A stretch of 63,662 nt of DNA, filler included, from Octopus bimaculoides (GCF_001194135.2; 6 parts of 6 records of this genome joined end to end with filler, not necessarily neighbours in it); one strand, 5' to 3'; positions 1-13,940 are shown, numbered from the whole stretch's first letter. The notes: generated from the letters alone by a model not told the origin. A program made the numbers and translations.

Positions 1-384
1 TATAAACAAAAGGAATGTTTCAAAATCATAGGTTGAAAAAAGTATTCTATAAATTGTAAAAATAGTATATCTGGTAGTCAGAATCAACTACAAAAGGATA
101 CGTTACAGCACAGTTATGTCTTTTATCTTTTACTCGTTGCAGTCATTAGACTGCGGCTATGCTGTAGCACTGGCTTCAAGGATTTTTATTCGAATGAAAC
201 ATCCTCACTGGTGAGAGACAAGCACAGACACAAAGATACGCACGTAGATATCTACATACACACAAATGCATAAACACACACATATATGTATGTGTATTTT
301 TTAAAATTCTTTTACTTGTTTCAGTCATTTGACTCTGTCCTTGTTTGTCCCTTCTATGTTTAGCCCATTGTGAGCAATAAATAA

Positions 385-449
<65 letters not shown>

Positions 450-481
450 CTGACATACATTTCTATTATTCCACAGTCAAT

Positions 482-579
<98 letters not shown>

Positions 580-1918
580 TATACATATATGCGTCGGTAC
601 GCGCGCGCGTTCGTAATATTTATATGTTTAGTTTTTAATAGAATTTTCAGTATTGATAAGGAATATTATAAAGAAAAATACAAAAGCATAAAACATTAGA
701 ATAAATATTGTTTTAATTTTTATTCGGAAATTTACTGCAAATAGATTGGTACAAATTATTATAACTGGAAGAGTTCCAGGCATTTGGCAGCCAATCAGCA
801 TATAAATGTGTGCGTGTGTGTGCATATGTGTGTGCGTATACATATAAATAAATATATATATATATATGCTCTCATCCAGACATATATAATCATATCCATA
901 CGCTGGTTTGTGTTCTAGTGTTTTCTTGTATGTAATTTCGTTATTCTTTTATGTTCACACAGAAATCGTGAAGTCACATGTACTTTCAAAGCAAATTTTT
1001 AGTTATCTGCCGGTCAATTGACGATGTTGACTAACTACGTAATAATTAATTTTTTCCAATTTCAAATTTGGTCTTTCTTCTAATTATTTCTGCTGCATTT
1101 ATAATGAAGCGCAATACGAAACGTTATGTATATCAAATACTTACGCATTACGTCTTATTTAATGCTTATTTTCTAGTATTCATACAATATTCATCTTGTT
1201 ATACTTATATTCACCACGGAATGCTCATCCTGGTGGGTTATTGAATAACCCGTTTTCCTTGGCGTACAGATAACCGAGATTTCAGCATTCCCTGTGAATG
1301 AGACGCCAGTTCAACCTATGGCACGGTTACACATTTACATCTGAGTCGACTGTAGCAACATGAAATGAAATAAATTTTTTTTTCCACAAGAACACAGCGC
1401 AACACCCGGTCCTAGATGTAAAACCGCAGTTTTGCGATCGTCAGTGCAATACCCTAACTGCTAAGACGTGTATTTAACCCGAAGTCGCTCTAGGGCTCAA
1501 TATTTTAATTTTCGGTTTAGCGATACATGACCAAATACTACTGAACTTTATGTCCTATATTTAGTCACATGTACCCAATAATGATATTAAATAGTATAGG
1601 AATTACAAATTTTGGGAGATGTTGTATAACCAACTAATTGTGCGTAATAGTTTATCGGGCAATAACTAATAGAAGTGAATGTCTACAAAGGTGGGATTCA
1701 AAGTCACACGATATAAGATGGAAATAAATACCAGTAGATATTTTGTCGGATGATCTAGCGTTTCTGTCATAAATAGTAATAGCAACAAAGAACAACAGCG
1801 TCAACAACGAGGAGATAATGATGAAAACGGTGAGGACGACGACGACGACGATAATGTTGATTAGAATGATGATGATAAAGATGATGATTATGTGATGATT
1901 ATGTGATGATTGTCATGA

Positions 1919-1920
1919 TG

Positions 1921-1987
<67 letters not shown>
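1919..1987. repeat. (AAT)n microsatellite
   Basis: Direct observation. Similar tracts near 3.16, 11.49, 30.82, 31.4, 49.12 and 61.8 kb. Confidence 0.95.
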
Positions 1988-1988
<1 letters not shown>

Positions 1989-2551
1989 TTTTTAAAGTCA
2001 AATTAATATTATATGTGAATCTGTGTTGTACGCACGTATGTGCGTGTGTCTTTCTTTCTCCTTTCTCTCTCTTTCCCTCCCTCATGCCATCTTTCAACCC
2101 TCTCATCTTTCTCTGTTTGCACGCGTCCGTACTCTGAGAAATCTCTCATAAGTCATTTAACCTTTAGCTTTAATTTCCTCTTGTCAAATAAGTATTGAAT
2201 TCCTTGGAGGAAATAAAAAAAAAGAAGTGGATGAAACCAAACCAAACCAGCTATAAACCAGAGTTGAAATAATATTTGATTTCAACAGACAAATTAGAAA
2301 GAAAATTCTAGCTACACATTTTTCAGGCAAACTTTGGAAAATTTCACATATTTTGTTTGTTTTTTTTTTCTTTACTTTTATCATATTATTTACGAATGTT
2401 ATTTCGTATTTTGATTAAGAACTGCTGTGAATGCAAACTTGTAGGTTATGGCTTATTTTGAGCATACAGACTATAAAAAGAAAATTTACCTGCTAATAAT
2501 AATACTAATGAGAAGAAAAAGAAATAACAATCACAATAATGATAATACTAA

Positions 2552-2584
<33 letters not shown>

Positions 2585-2831
2585 TTGGTGGTGGTGGTGG
2601 TGGTGGTGGTGAGGTGGTCATAATTACGATGACGACGGTGGTTGATGGTGATGTGGTGGAGGTGGTGTTAGTGAATGTGTTTGGGGGAGGTGGTGGTGGA
2701 GGTTGATTCGGTAATAGCGGAGGAGGTAGTGGTGGTGGTGGAAGTTATGGTGGTAGATATGGCGATGATGATTATAATGAGGTTAACGAAAATAATAATA
2801 GCTAATAATGTTATTATTTTTACTATCAAAA

Positions 2832-2972
2832 TGGCAGAATCGTTAACGCGACGGGGGAAAATGCTTACCGGCATTCCGTCCGACTTTACGAGTTCAAAAA
2901 TCTGGCGAGGTCACCTTTGCCTTTCATTCTTTCGGGGTCCATAAAATAAGTTCTGACTGGGCACCTGGGTCG
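2832..2972 (+). mobile_element. SINE family A, degraded
   Basis: tggcagaatcgttaacg...gagttcaaa...tttgcctttcattctttcggggtc. Confidence 0.7.
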
Positions 2973-3154
2973 TTGCAATCGACTTTACTCCCTGCTACGA
3001 AATTACAGGCCAAAATTTGGAACCATTATTATTATTACAATTATTATGGCGGTGGTAGTGGTGGATGTGGTAGTGGTGATGGTGGTAGTGGTGATGATAA
3101 TTATAGTGCGGGAGAGGTGACGATGAGGATGACGATGATGATGATGATGATGTC

Positions 3155-3193
<39 letters not shown>

Positions 3194-4129
3194 TGTTATT
3201 AGTATTATAATAAATACGATACATACAAAAGCAATCAGGAGAGAAATATAATTTAAATATTGTATAAACTATTGACTATTGAACTGTTACACTTTCCACT
3301 GTTTATTCATTCAATAAATATATTATTTAGATTTCTCTCAAGCCATCAGATTCTATTGATTATCTTGTCTCCTTATTATTTTTTCCCCTAAAGACAGAAA
3401 AGGTTAAGCTAACAGGGAGTCTACTAAGAAGAGACTTCTAAGACCAGACTACTTATCTAAGACGACACAATTCAATCGTCACTCTTGGAATAAATTTACG
3501 ATGATAGACATGATGATAGAATTTCGGTTGGTGAAAAACAAAAAGCTGAAAGTCTTTACAAGTGTGCTGACGTTATATTACAAAGAGGTCAACTTCCATC
3601 AGAAAACGTCGATAACTTTTCACTTTCCAGCTGTATATAAATGATTATAGAATAAACCGTTATTCAATTTCGTGTTCGTTTTTGTTATTATGTTGCCAAG
3701 TTTCCTATGGCGTTATATGTTGAACTATAATACGGTAGGGCTTTTGGATTGGACTAAATACATTAAAACAGTCAGTGTTTTGTTCCCCATAATACAATCA
3801 CTGGTGATTCCTATATTGCTAAACATTGCTTGAGGCCATCAAGTCTATAGAGAAACAGTCGTGCATTGATGTTTTATCCCATTAGCTTTCTTCCCTCCGC
3901 TTTGAGTTCGAATCCTATTCATATTGATTGTAATGTTAGTGAGGTTTCAGCGATTGGTGAATTACTATTGTTTAGTCTCAGCTCAACATTAACCGAACGA
4001 ACCGATATTCAGAATCATTGAGATCGAGGTTACCTTGCCCTTCCTCTTCCAGACTGATCTAATGTGTCCTTTTTTCTTAAGATAACGACTTTTCATTAAA
4101 AGTTGATTTGAATCAATATTCTAGAACTA

Positions 4130-4300
4130 GGCGTAAACGTGGCTGTGTAGTTGAGAAATGTGTATTGTAACTACATGGTTTTCGGTTCAGTCCCACTCAG
4201 CTTCATCTTGGACAAGTGTCTCATTCTATGCCCTCAGGTTCGTTAATGAATTTGGTAGACAAAAACTGTGTGGAAGCCTGTCTGATATATATGTATATAT
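4130..4300 (+). mobile_element. SINE family B head, degraded
   Basis: ggcgtaaacgtggctgtgtag...ggttcagtcccact...gaatttggtagacaaaaactg. Confidence 0.7.
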
Positions 4301-4303
4301 ATA

Positions 4304-4408
4304 TGCAAAGTCGACCTTGGTGGATTTTGAACCCAGAATGTAGCGGCAGACAAAATACCGTTGAGTATTTTGCCCGGCGTGCTAACGATTCTGCCAGCTC
4401 CCCGCCTT
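4304..4408 (-). mobile_element. SINE family A, 5' half
   Basis: gcaaagtcgacc...ctgccagctccccgcctt, in tandem with the copy at 4423-4635. Confidence 0.8.
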
Positions 4409-4422
4409 TAAAATCAAATAAT

Positions 4423-4635
4423 CCTTTCTACTATAGGCACAAAGTCTGAATTTTGAGGAAGGGCTCCACTAGATTAGATCGACCCTAGTATGCAACTGGT
4501 ACTTCATTTATCGACCCTGAAGGGATGCAAGGCAAAGTCGACCTCGGCTGAATTTGAACTCAGAACGTAGCGACCGGCGAAATAACGCTAAACATTTCGT
4601 CTGGCGCACTAACGATCCTGCCAGCTCGCCGCCTT
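4423..4635 (-). mobile_element. SINE family A, near full length
   Basis: Reverse complement of the 8248-8464 type; ends ...ctgccagctcgccgcctt. Confidence 0.85.
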
Positions 4636-5651
4636 GTAACCTGAATATAACGTTTTTCACTATACTTTTAATTGTGTATTTAGTTGAGGTGCGCCAGCGA
4701 ATTTTCGAAAGAATATACGTGTACCGCAAGTGACAAAAAGTTGCAAAGCACTGATGTATTGTAATGTTGAACTGTCAATGAAGGCGCAAGCTGAAGTGGT
4801 TCAAGACATTTTATCTCTCACTCTTTTGCCCTGGATTACAATTACCTGTATATCGTTCAGCGATTATACAAATTAACTAATGAAGATAAAGAAATAATAT
4901 TTTTTCTTACCACTGAGTTCAATTACATTCAGTACGTAGAAAATGAAAGATCTTTGAAAATTTAACTTTCAGTCGGTCTCTATATCTGTGATGTCACCAC
5001 AACTCTTCAGAGAAGATTTCCTGAAGTGAAAACATGGTTGGAGTTGGACGCCCCATTAACCCTCTCTTCATCTGTTAACATATAGTATGAAAGTAGGTGA
5101 CGTGAGAGAAAAGGTTGAGTTTAGGCCAAGGTAGAACAGCTAAATGAGAATAACCACATCGATTGAGATATTATGAATGCCTTTAAATTACCAGAATGAC
5201 TAGAAACTGCACAATGCACAAACTAACTCATCTTGTACCGTCTAGATACTTCAGTCTTGGAATGTTGGATAGAGGAAACTTTCTCAAATTGACAAGGCAT
5301 AAAAGTACTAGATGGCGAATGTAAATTTAGAAATGCACAATTCATCATATGAAACGGCAACTTACGATGACTGTTGATGAGTTAGGATAGGTTTGATGGT
5401 GGTTATGTATATTAGAATATTACTATCAATATGCATCCACCACAAAATCCAGTTCTTGTCGTGGTGCGCCTGAGAGATTTTCCAGCGGTCGCCCACTTTT
5501 GATATGGTCTTTCATGTTGGGCAGTTCAAAATACAGAGGCTTGATTAATATGGATCATTTCTACCCAGAAGTACAATGAGGTTTCCTATTTTTTTATTGC
5601 CCACAAGGGACTAAACATAAAGGGGAAAACAAGGACAGTCAAAGGGATTAA

Positions 5652-5819
5652 ATCGATTACATCGACCCCAGTACGTAGCTGGTACTTAATTTATATCAAC
5701 CCCGAAAGGATGAAAGGCGAAGTCGACCTCGGCGGAATTTGAACTCAGAACGTAAAGACATACGAAATACCGCTAAGCATTTCGTCCGGCGCGTTAACGT
5801 TTCTGCCAGCTCGCCGCCT
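5652..5819 (-). mobile_element. SINE family A
   Basis: tcgattacatcgacccc...gaatttgaactcagaacg...ctgccagctcgccgcct. Confidence 0.85.
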
Positions 5820-6900
5820 AAGAAGTACAATAAGGTTTCCGTAGGGACAACACCCTGCCTTGAAAAAAAAATACATAGTTATAGAGGCAATGATTACAAT
5901 TCTAAACGAACAACATCTGAGAGAGGACAGCTCAGCATCGAGATAGTGGCAGTAAGTTGTCAACGGCCTATGGTTCCACAGGAAGTGATGAGGTTAAGTA
6001 AAGTAAGTAATAAATATGCACACGACCAAAATGGTGTGCACCTATAGCTTTTGTTATCACCATGACAGTATTTATAGAGCATGTTTATAGCCAGTGGCTT
6101 TCATAGAGTGCCGATCTTGTCATTATTCTCTTTCTAAAACTATTTTACTGAATTACACGTTTCTTTTTATGACAGAAAGAGTTGCATTTGGAGGACATTA
6201 GCTCGTTTTTTGGGGGTTTTTTTCTTCTTTTCTGGCAGATCAGGCCGCACGTTAATGGCTATCATTCTAATTTGTCAGACTGATTGGCTCAGTAGAAGTA
6301 GTGGATATTATGTCGAGGACCGAACACTGATCTTATATCACCACATTCCACTCAAACATTTCATAGCTGGGGAGAAGAAATATATAAAGAATACCTTCGA
6401 ATTATATTCTAAGCCATCTTGTCTTTTCTTTTATTTTTTCGGTTGCATAAATTTTTTATGATATATTTATGTTCTAAGAGAAGAGTGACTTGACAGAAAT
6501 TGTAATGTTTTAGCTTATACGGTACATTACTTAAAATATTTTGTTTACAAAAGAGATTAGATAAGTTTTACCTTCTTTTCTTTACTTCCATATTTTTTCT
6601 ACTTAGCTTTTATTTCATTTTTTAGTCTTCTTTATGTATCTTTCAGTGTTATATACATTTTTCTCATTTAGTCTTTCAGCTATAAAACATAATATAATTT
6701 GAATAATCAACCATATTTGTGGTAGACAGGAACTATATTTTTGGCAAGCAATGTATAAATAAAGAAAAAAAAAATTGAAAAGATAATACAAGATAAATAA
6801 AAATAAATGTAAGGCTGCAACTAAGACAAAGTCGCTGTGTATTGAAAGTTTTGTAATTTTAGAAAGAAACAATAACAACAAACATTTTTGATACAAAATT

Positions 6901-6904
6901 TCAA

Positions 6905-6977
<73 letters not shown>

Positions 6978-7174
6978 AAGTATATATATTTATATGTATG
7001 CATATATATAGTATATATGTATGTACATATATAGTATATATGTATGTACATATAATGAATGTATCTATATAGTATATATGTATGTACATATAATGAATGT
7101 ATATATATAGTATATATGTATGTATATATATTGTATATACGTATGTACATATAGCGTATATTTGTATGTATATG

Positions 7175-7205
<31 letters not shown>

Positions 7206-7272
7206 ATAGTATATATGTAAGTATATGTATATATATATATACATATATGTATATATATATAAACATATATAG

Positions 7273-7317
<45 letters not shown>

Positions 7318-7475
7318 GTGTGTGTGTGTATATGTATATATATGCATTTATATATATATATATATATGCATTTACATATATATATATATGTCTTTATACA
7401 TGATGCATAATTGTACATATTTAGATATATATATATGTATATACATGTATGTGTGTATGTATCTATATATAGCAA
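6901..7475. repeat. Compound (TA)n/(TG)n microsatellite with minisatellite units
   Basis: Repeated unit atagtatatatgtatgtacatat(aatgaatgt) at about 7008-7120. Confidence 0.9.
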
Positions 7476-7752
7476 AGAATTTTAACACTTTTTATTCGTA
7501 TTTTATGTCAAACGTTTTGTAAATGTTGGTTGTAATTTTGCAATACACCACTCACCGGTTCACTGCTCCTCTGATAGAATCAATGAAACGAGGGAGCGTC
7601 TCTACAACTCAGCTCAAATGGTTGGAAAAACGTAAAACAAGGTTTTCTTTTTATTACATGTAAAGCTTTATATTGTGGCGTGGCAATATGTTTATAATAC
7701 TTCTTAATTCCATATGTATATATGTATATATATCTATCTATCTATCTATCTA

Positions 7753-7807
<55 letters not shown>

Positions 7808-7942
7808 GTACACGTATGGGCACACAGCTACATACGGCTGCATAAATACATACTATATTTACGTGTGCATGTGTGCGCGCTTGTATGCGTGCGTGCGTAC
7901 GTATATGCGTCTTACCAGTTTGTGTCTTCTACTATCGCTTTG

Positions 7943-8070
7943 TGGGTTCGGCAAAAGAGAATAAGTACTAAACTTACAAAGAATAAATGCTGGGGTTGAT
8001 TTGTTCGCCTAAATGTGGTGCTCCAGCATGGCCGCACTCAAATGACTGAAACAAGTAAAAGAATAAAGGA
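7943..8070 (+). mobile_element. SINE family B tail
   Basis: ggttcggcaaaagagaataagtact...ggtgctccagcatggccgc..tcaaatgactgaaacaagtaaaaga. Confidence 0.8.
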
Positions 8071-8247
8071 ATATATGTATTTATGATTTTGCATCTGTAT
8101 ATGCATATACCTGGAAATCTGTTCTCCAAAAGAAGTATCTTTGGATTGAAGCTTTTTATTATGTTCCAAGAATGGAATTATCTCTTATAGTTTCGATGTC
8201 TACGAAGTACATACGATAGAATTATTTTGATATATGTAAGTATCTTA

Positions 8248-8464
8248 AAGGCGGCGAGCTGGCAGAAACGTTAGCACGCCAGGCGTATTGCTTAGCGTAT
8301 TTCGTTTGTCTTTACGTTCTGAGTTCAAATTCCGCCGAGGTCCACTTTGCCTTTCATCCTTTCGGTTTTCGATAAATTAAGTACTAATTGCGTGGTGTGG
8401 TCCATCTAATCGACTGGCCCCCACCTCCTCCAAAATTTTGGGCTTTGTGCCTAGAGCAGAAAAG
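8248..8464 (+). mobile_element. SINE family A, near full length
   Basis: aaggcggcgagctggcagaaacgttagc head with A-box-like TGGCAGAA and B-box-like GAGTTCAAATTCC. Homologous copies at 2.8, 4.3, 4.4, 5.7, 17.5, 49.8 and 53.9 kb. Confidence 0.85.
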
Positions 8465-9539
8465 ATGTAATTATCTTTGCCCCAACTTTCAAAACACATA
8501 CGTACGCGCGCACGCACACACGTACACGCGCGCACACACACACACGAATAGTTGAGTGTCTCTTTGCGAATCTGTAAGAAATTCTGAATACCTCTCACTC
8601 TCTCTTTCTCTTCAGAAACACATACTCGATTGTTACGACTCGATTTTATGCAATGCCATCAGTTGATTGTTAAGACATTTCTCTAGAACCCGCTTCAGAC
8701 CCGGGCTACATTTGCTTCGATAATTGGCGGTGACTTGATCAGGGAATCCTCTCCGATGAAAAGAATCGATGGCTAGATATGCTGCTACACATCACATTAT
8801 ACCAAAACTGTATGTATGCGACCGGAGACCACATGTGAACTCGTAGTATCCGTACTGAATCTCCGAACATGAAATCTACGCATCAACAGTGGATGACGCC
8901 TACAACTGCAGTGTTCGTGTTATCAGCCAATCGTTGGATGGTGTCAGCATCCGTGAAAGACGTGATGAACTCGTTAGTGTGAATGCGCGCGAAGTATATC
9001 ATTATCGACAGATCATAGGACGGCCAAATAAATATCTTAGGCGTTAAACAATAAATACAAACAGGCATACAGTGCACGCCTACGAAGTACTCTATTCTAC
9101 TCGTTCAATAGATTTTTGTAAAAAATCTATTTTGAAAAAAAAATCTATAGTCAGAGTAAAGAAGAGTGGGAAGGACGATGATAATTTATGGAAACTAATT
9201 TTTATGAACTCTCAAACTTGCACTCAACTCGATCCATATATAGCAATCATTAATATTAAACACATTGCAAAAGTATTCACTTTAAAGTACAAACAATTAC
9301 GACATTAAAATAAAGAGAAATGAAAAGATCCGAACACATTTCGCATTCATAAAAATAAACAAATCATATATTATGAAAAAAAAGAGCAATATTACTAAAA
9401 GAAATCTATATAATCAATAAATCAATTTGCCCTATTTATTATGTGCGTTTGTATGCATTTATGTGCGTATGTTTGTGCGTGCGCACGTATGTGTGTGTGA
9501 ACGTAAATGTTTTTTTTTTTATTTAGGCATAAATATTTG

Positions 9540-9581
<42 letters not shown>

Positions 9582-10236
9582 ACTGAATACAAAATAAAGC
9601 TGGATATCAAATCAATATTGCAGTGTTTAGAAAGCATAAACATCCTAATCATTGTCAGCAGCGGCAGCATCAGCATCATCATCATCATTGTTAACATCAT
9701 CATCAACGTTATCATAATTGTCAATCAGCAACATTATCAACGTAATCAGCGTTTTCGCTGTCATCATTTTATGGGTCATATGATTGCTTTTGTAATTAGG
9801 ACATTCATTTTACAGAAAATATTAAGGCAATGTTTATTAGGCAAACGAGCATACTCGGTAATGTTTCACATATAATCACTCATATACTGGGTTGGGAAAC
9901 ACCGACCATTGGCTGCTCAAACAATGAATGAACTAAATCTTCCTCTAGGAAGAAAAGTGTTTGTGTTTCTCTTTGGTGAATTGGAGACAGGGTTACTATT
10001 TCTAACAGGTTGATTCAGGAGACATATAAAAACTACGATACAGGTTCGATAAAAATGTCTCACCAAATGCGGAAGTTCATCCCATGACACTCAAAATTAC
10101 AGCATTGTACATATGTGCGTGTGTATGTGTGCGTATGTATATATTGATACTTATATCTACACTTGTGTGTGTATATATATATATATATATATNNNNNNNN
10201 NNNNNNNNNNNNNNNNNNNNNNNNNNNNNNNNNNNN

Positions 10237-10248
10237 TTAATTAATTAA
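10237..10248. other. Assembly gap linker TTAATTAATTAA
   Basis: 12-mer with 44 N on each side (100 nt total). Identical at 27305-16, 38788-99, 46201-12 and 62176-87. Confidence 0.95.
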
Positions 10249-10292
10249 NNNNNNNNNNNNNNNNNNNNNNNNNNNNNNNNNNNNNNNNNNNN

Positions 10293-10420
10293 AGCATATC
10301 ACGATCCATTGAGTTGATTGCTGTTGTTATTCGATGTTTCGGGTCATTGAGGTGAGTGGGTAGCGGTGGAACATAAACGCGATCTTTTACATATCCCCAC
10401 AAGAGAAAATCACACACATT
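10293..10420 (-). mobile_element. Mariner-type transposase C-terminal fragment (rosa/DD41D-like motif)
   Basis: Minus-strand translation CDFLLWGYVKDRVYVPPLPTHLNDPKHRITTAINSMDRDM resembles the (SPDLTP)CDFFLWGYVKDRVY motif. Truncated by a gap. Confidence 0.75.
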
Positions 10421-10932
10421 GAATAACAATAGCGATCAGGTCAGTGGCTCGTGAGATGTTGCCCGTGCTGAAGGTGGTGACTACACTGAACACTTGTAAG
10501 ACAGGAAATAAAAGTTGATTGTGAGTAAATACTTGTGACTTAGCTGGAGTTTTCTAATGCTTTTCTTTATTAAAATATTGCGTAATGAAACCGATTCATT
10601 CGTTTACGTCCTCTTAACTTGGCGGTTAGACAAAATAATCAGATATAATACTACCACACCTTAGAAAATAAACTCTGGGCTTAATTTGATCGAATAAACT
10701 CATCAAGGTGGTGCTACAGCATGGCTGCATCTCAGTGAATGAAACAAGTAAAACGGTTTGGATATATGAATGAATTTATCTACGTTTAGGTATAAATACA
10801 ACATTTTGCTTGAGTTTATATACGAAATGGACGTTGCTTCATTACGTATATAAGAGTAGATACAGGCAGACAGGCAAACAGAGAGTATGAAAATCATTAT
10901 GTAAGACATATGATGTTTCTCTGTGACAGTGT

Positions 10933-10971
<39 letters not shown>

Positions 10972-11225
10972 GATACTTGAAAATGCTGACAAAAGGAAAG
11001 AGGAAGAGAGACAGAAAGAGGTTAAGGAACATACATACTGACAAACAGACAGACAGATAGATAGACCAACCGAAAAAACGGATAGACTGTGATTAAAAAA
11101 AGTATATTCTAGTATAAGTTTGTGGCAATGTAAATACAGGCAAATATTTACACACACATAGGATATATACATAATGTGTGTATGTGTGTGTGTGTGTGTA
11201 TGTATAAGCATATATGCATATAAAC

Positions 11226-11276
<51 letters not shown>

Positions 11277-11449
11277 TGTATATATGTGCGTATATATATT
11301 TATATATGTACACATACATACACGTACATATAGTTATGAATTATGTAAGCTTCTAATAGTTTAAAGTCTATATATCACAAGTGATATTGATTTAATACAA
11401 GTGTGTTTGTGGGCGGGGCTGTATCGCTGATATCAGTTATAACACAATA

Positions 11450-11524
<75 letters not shown>

Positions 11525-11613
11525 ATGTTCATTAAAAAGCTATCCATATTCCTAGCTCATCCTAATGGGTCTTGTAGGATGTCTCAATGAATGTACAACG
11601 CGACAAGTTTGTA

Positions 11614-11661
<48 letters not shown>

Positions 11662-12159
11662 TGATGCATATATACATGTACATATAGTCATATATATATA
11701 TACAGATACACACAAACACATATATACATATATATATACATGTGTGTGTGTGCGCGCGCGTCTCTGTATGTATGTGTATGTAAGTATATACAGAAACACA
11801 TGCACACACATACACGCATAATGCATACACAGACACTTACATGCATACATACACATATGCGCATGCTCACCCAGAATTTTTATACATTTGAAAGATATAT
11901 ATCATAATTTATGTTCTGTGTTTTGTATTTATATTATTCTTATTGTTGTTTGTATTACTGTTTAAGCGAAAATAAGCCTGCTACGGTTGTTATATGCTTG
12001 TTGTTGTTCTTGTTAATATAGTTGTTATTGTTTTTTAATATTGTTGTAATTGTTGTTGTTGATGCTATATCATTGTTGTTGATGTTGACGTTGATGTTGT
12101 ATAACAGTCGACGTTGCTAATTTTGTTAATGTTTTTCTTAACGGTACAAAATAAATGTA

Positions 12160-12326
12160 TAGCTGTGTGGTTAGGAAGTCCGCTTAGCAACCAGAAGCTC
12201 CCCACTTCAGTCCCAGTGCGCGGCATCTTGAGCAAGTGTTTTTTTTTTTATTCCAGTCCCGAACCTGACAATGCTTTGTGGAAGAATTCGGTAGTCGGAA
12301 ACTATGTAGAAACCCGTCGGATATAT
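12160..12326 (+). mobile_element. SINE family B head, degraded
   Basis: tagctgtgtggttagg...ttcagtcccagtgcgcggcatcttgagcaagtg...ggtagtcggaaact. Confidence 0.65.
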
Positions 12327-12680
12327 ACTCTTTACTCTTTTACTTGTTTCAGTCATTTGACTGTGGCACCGCCTTTTTTTAGTCGAGCTAATCGACCCCA
12401 GGACTTATTCTTTGTAAACTTAGTACTTATTCTATCGGTCTCTTTAGCCGAACCGCTAAGTTACTGGGAAGTAAACACACCAGCATCGGTTGTCACACAC
12501 ATATATATACATATATACGACGGGCTTCTTTCAGTTTCCGTCTACCAAATCCACTCACAAGGCTTTGGTCGACCCCAGGCTATAGTAGAAGACACTTACC
12601 CAAGGTGCCACGCAGTGGAACTGAACCCGGAACCATGTGGCTGGTAAGCAAACTACTTACCACACAGCCACTCTTACGCC
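12327..12680 (-). mobile_element. SINE family B, near full length
   Basis: Reverse complement of ggcgtaagagtggctgtgtggtaag...gggttcagttccactgcgtggcacc...ggatttggtagacggaaactgaaagaagcccgtcg...tgactgaaacaagtaaaagagtaaa. Confidence 0.9.
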
Positions 12681-12743
12681 TATACATATATATATATATA
12701 TATATTTGAAGGTTTGGAGGTGATGTACAGAAATTATATAGAA

Positions 12744-12987
12744 AAAAATTTTAATTAAGGTACTCAGAAACCTGGATGTTTGTGCATTTACANNNNNNNN
12801 NNATTTACAGATTTTTATTAATGTCACATATTAAATGAAGCGCTTTTCACCTAGTCGTGTAGGTTTTTCAAAACAATTTGAAAAACCTACACGACTAGGT
12901 GAAAAGCGCTTCATTTAATATGTGACATTAATAAAAATCTGTAAATGCACAAACATCCAGGTTTCTGAGTACCTTAATTAAAATTTT

Positions 12988-12988
<1 letters not shown>
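12744..12988. repeat. Near-perfect long palindrome (~112-bp arms, 4-nt spacer)
   Basis: Right arm 12877-12988 is the reverse complement of the left arm, with spacer ACAA at 12873-76. The left arm is interrupted by a 10-N gap with atttaca on both sides. Confidence 0.85.
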
Positions 12989-13040
<52 letters not shown>

Positions 13041-13049
13041 TCGTATATA

Positions 13050-13167
13050 TTCTTTTATTCTTTTACTTTTTCCAGTGATTTGACTGCAGTCATACTGGAG
13101 CACCGTTTTAAAGGGATTTTTAGCCGAAGGAATCGATCCCAGGACTTATTCTTTGTAAGCAAGCCTT
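13050..13167 (-). mobile_element. SINE family B tail
   Basis: ttcttttact...gatttgactgc...ctggagcaccg...gatcccaggacttattctttgtaagc. Confidence 0.75.
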
Positions 13168-13420
13168 GTATTTACGTTATTAGTCTCTTGATCAAACTGT
13201 TGTTACCGTTATTGTTGCTATTGTTGTTGTTATTGTTGTTGTTATTGATACAGTTGTTGTTGCTGTTCTTACTAGCAACGCTGGTGGTGTTGTGGTATTA
13301 CAAATGCTACATTTTTTCGTTTTTGCTTTTACTTTGTTTATTTAGGGGAGTTTTTTCTATGTGTTGCTATGAAGTTTTTCTCGCTGATATTTCAGTTGTT
13401 GCTGTTGGTGTTGTTGTTGT

Positions 13421-13455
<35 letters not shown>

Positions 13456-13628
13456 TCACTATGATTTTTCGCCAGATTCTTGAATATTTCGGATGTTTGT
13501 TCATTTCAGTAAATTTTACTCTATGTGTATGATGTATGCGTTTGTGTGTGTGTGTGTGTACGAGTGGGTGTGTGCGTGTGTATGCATGTATATACATCCA
13601 CACACACACGTATATATACATATATGTG

Positions 13629-13663
<35 letters not shown>

Positions 13664-13879
13664 ATATATATACATATATATATACACGCATAAATTTGTG
13701 TGTATATACATATGTATATCTATACATACATGCACACCCGCACACATACACATATATATGTATATGCATGTATATATAGTCACTTGTAAAGGTGTGTGTG
13801 TGTGTGTATATATACAATGTGTCTTGCGTGTGTACGAATTTGTTATATGTGTGTTCCTTCTGCCCCTCTCTCTTTCTTT

Positions 13880-13940
<61 letters not shown>

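Noticed and set aside
7565-7598. Hammerhead-like CTGATAGA...GAAACG between complementary flanks
   Set aside because: Inserted base in the core, no real stem II and no UH triplet.
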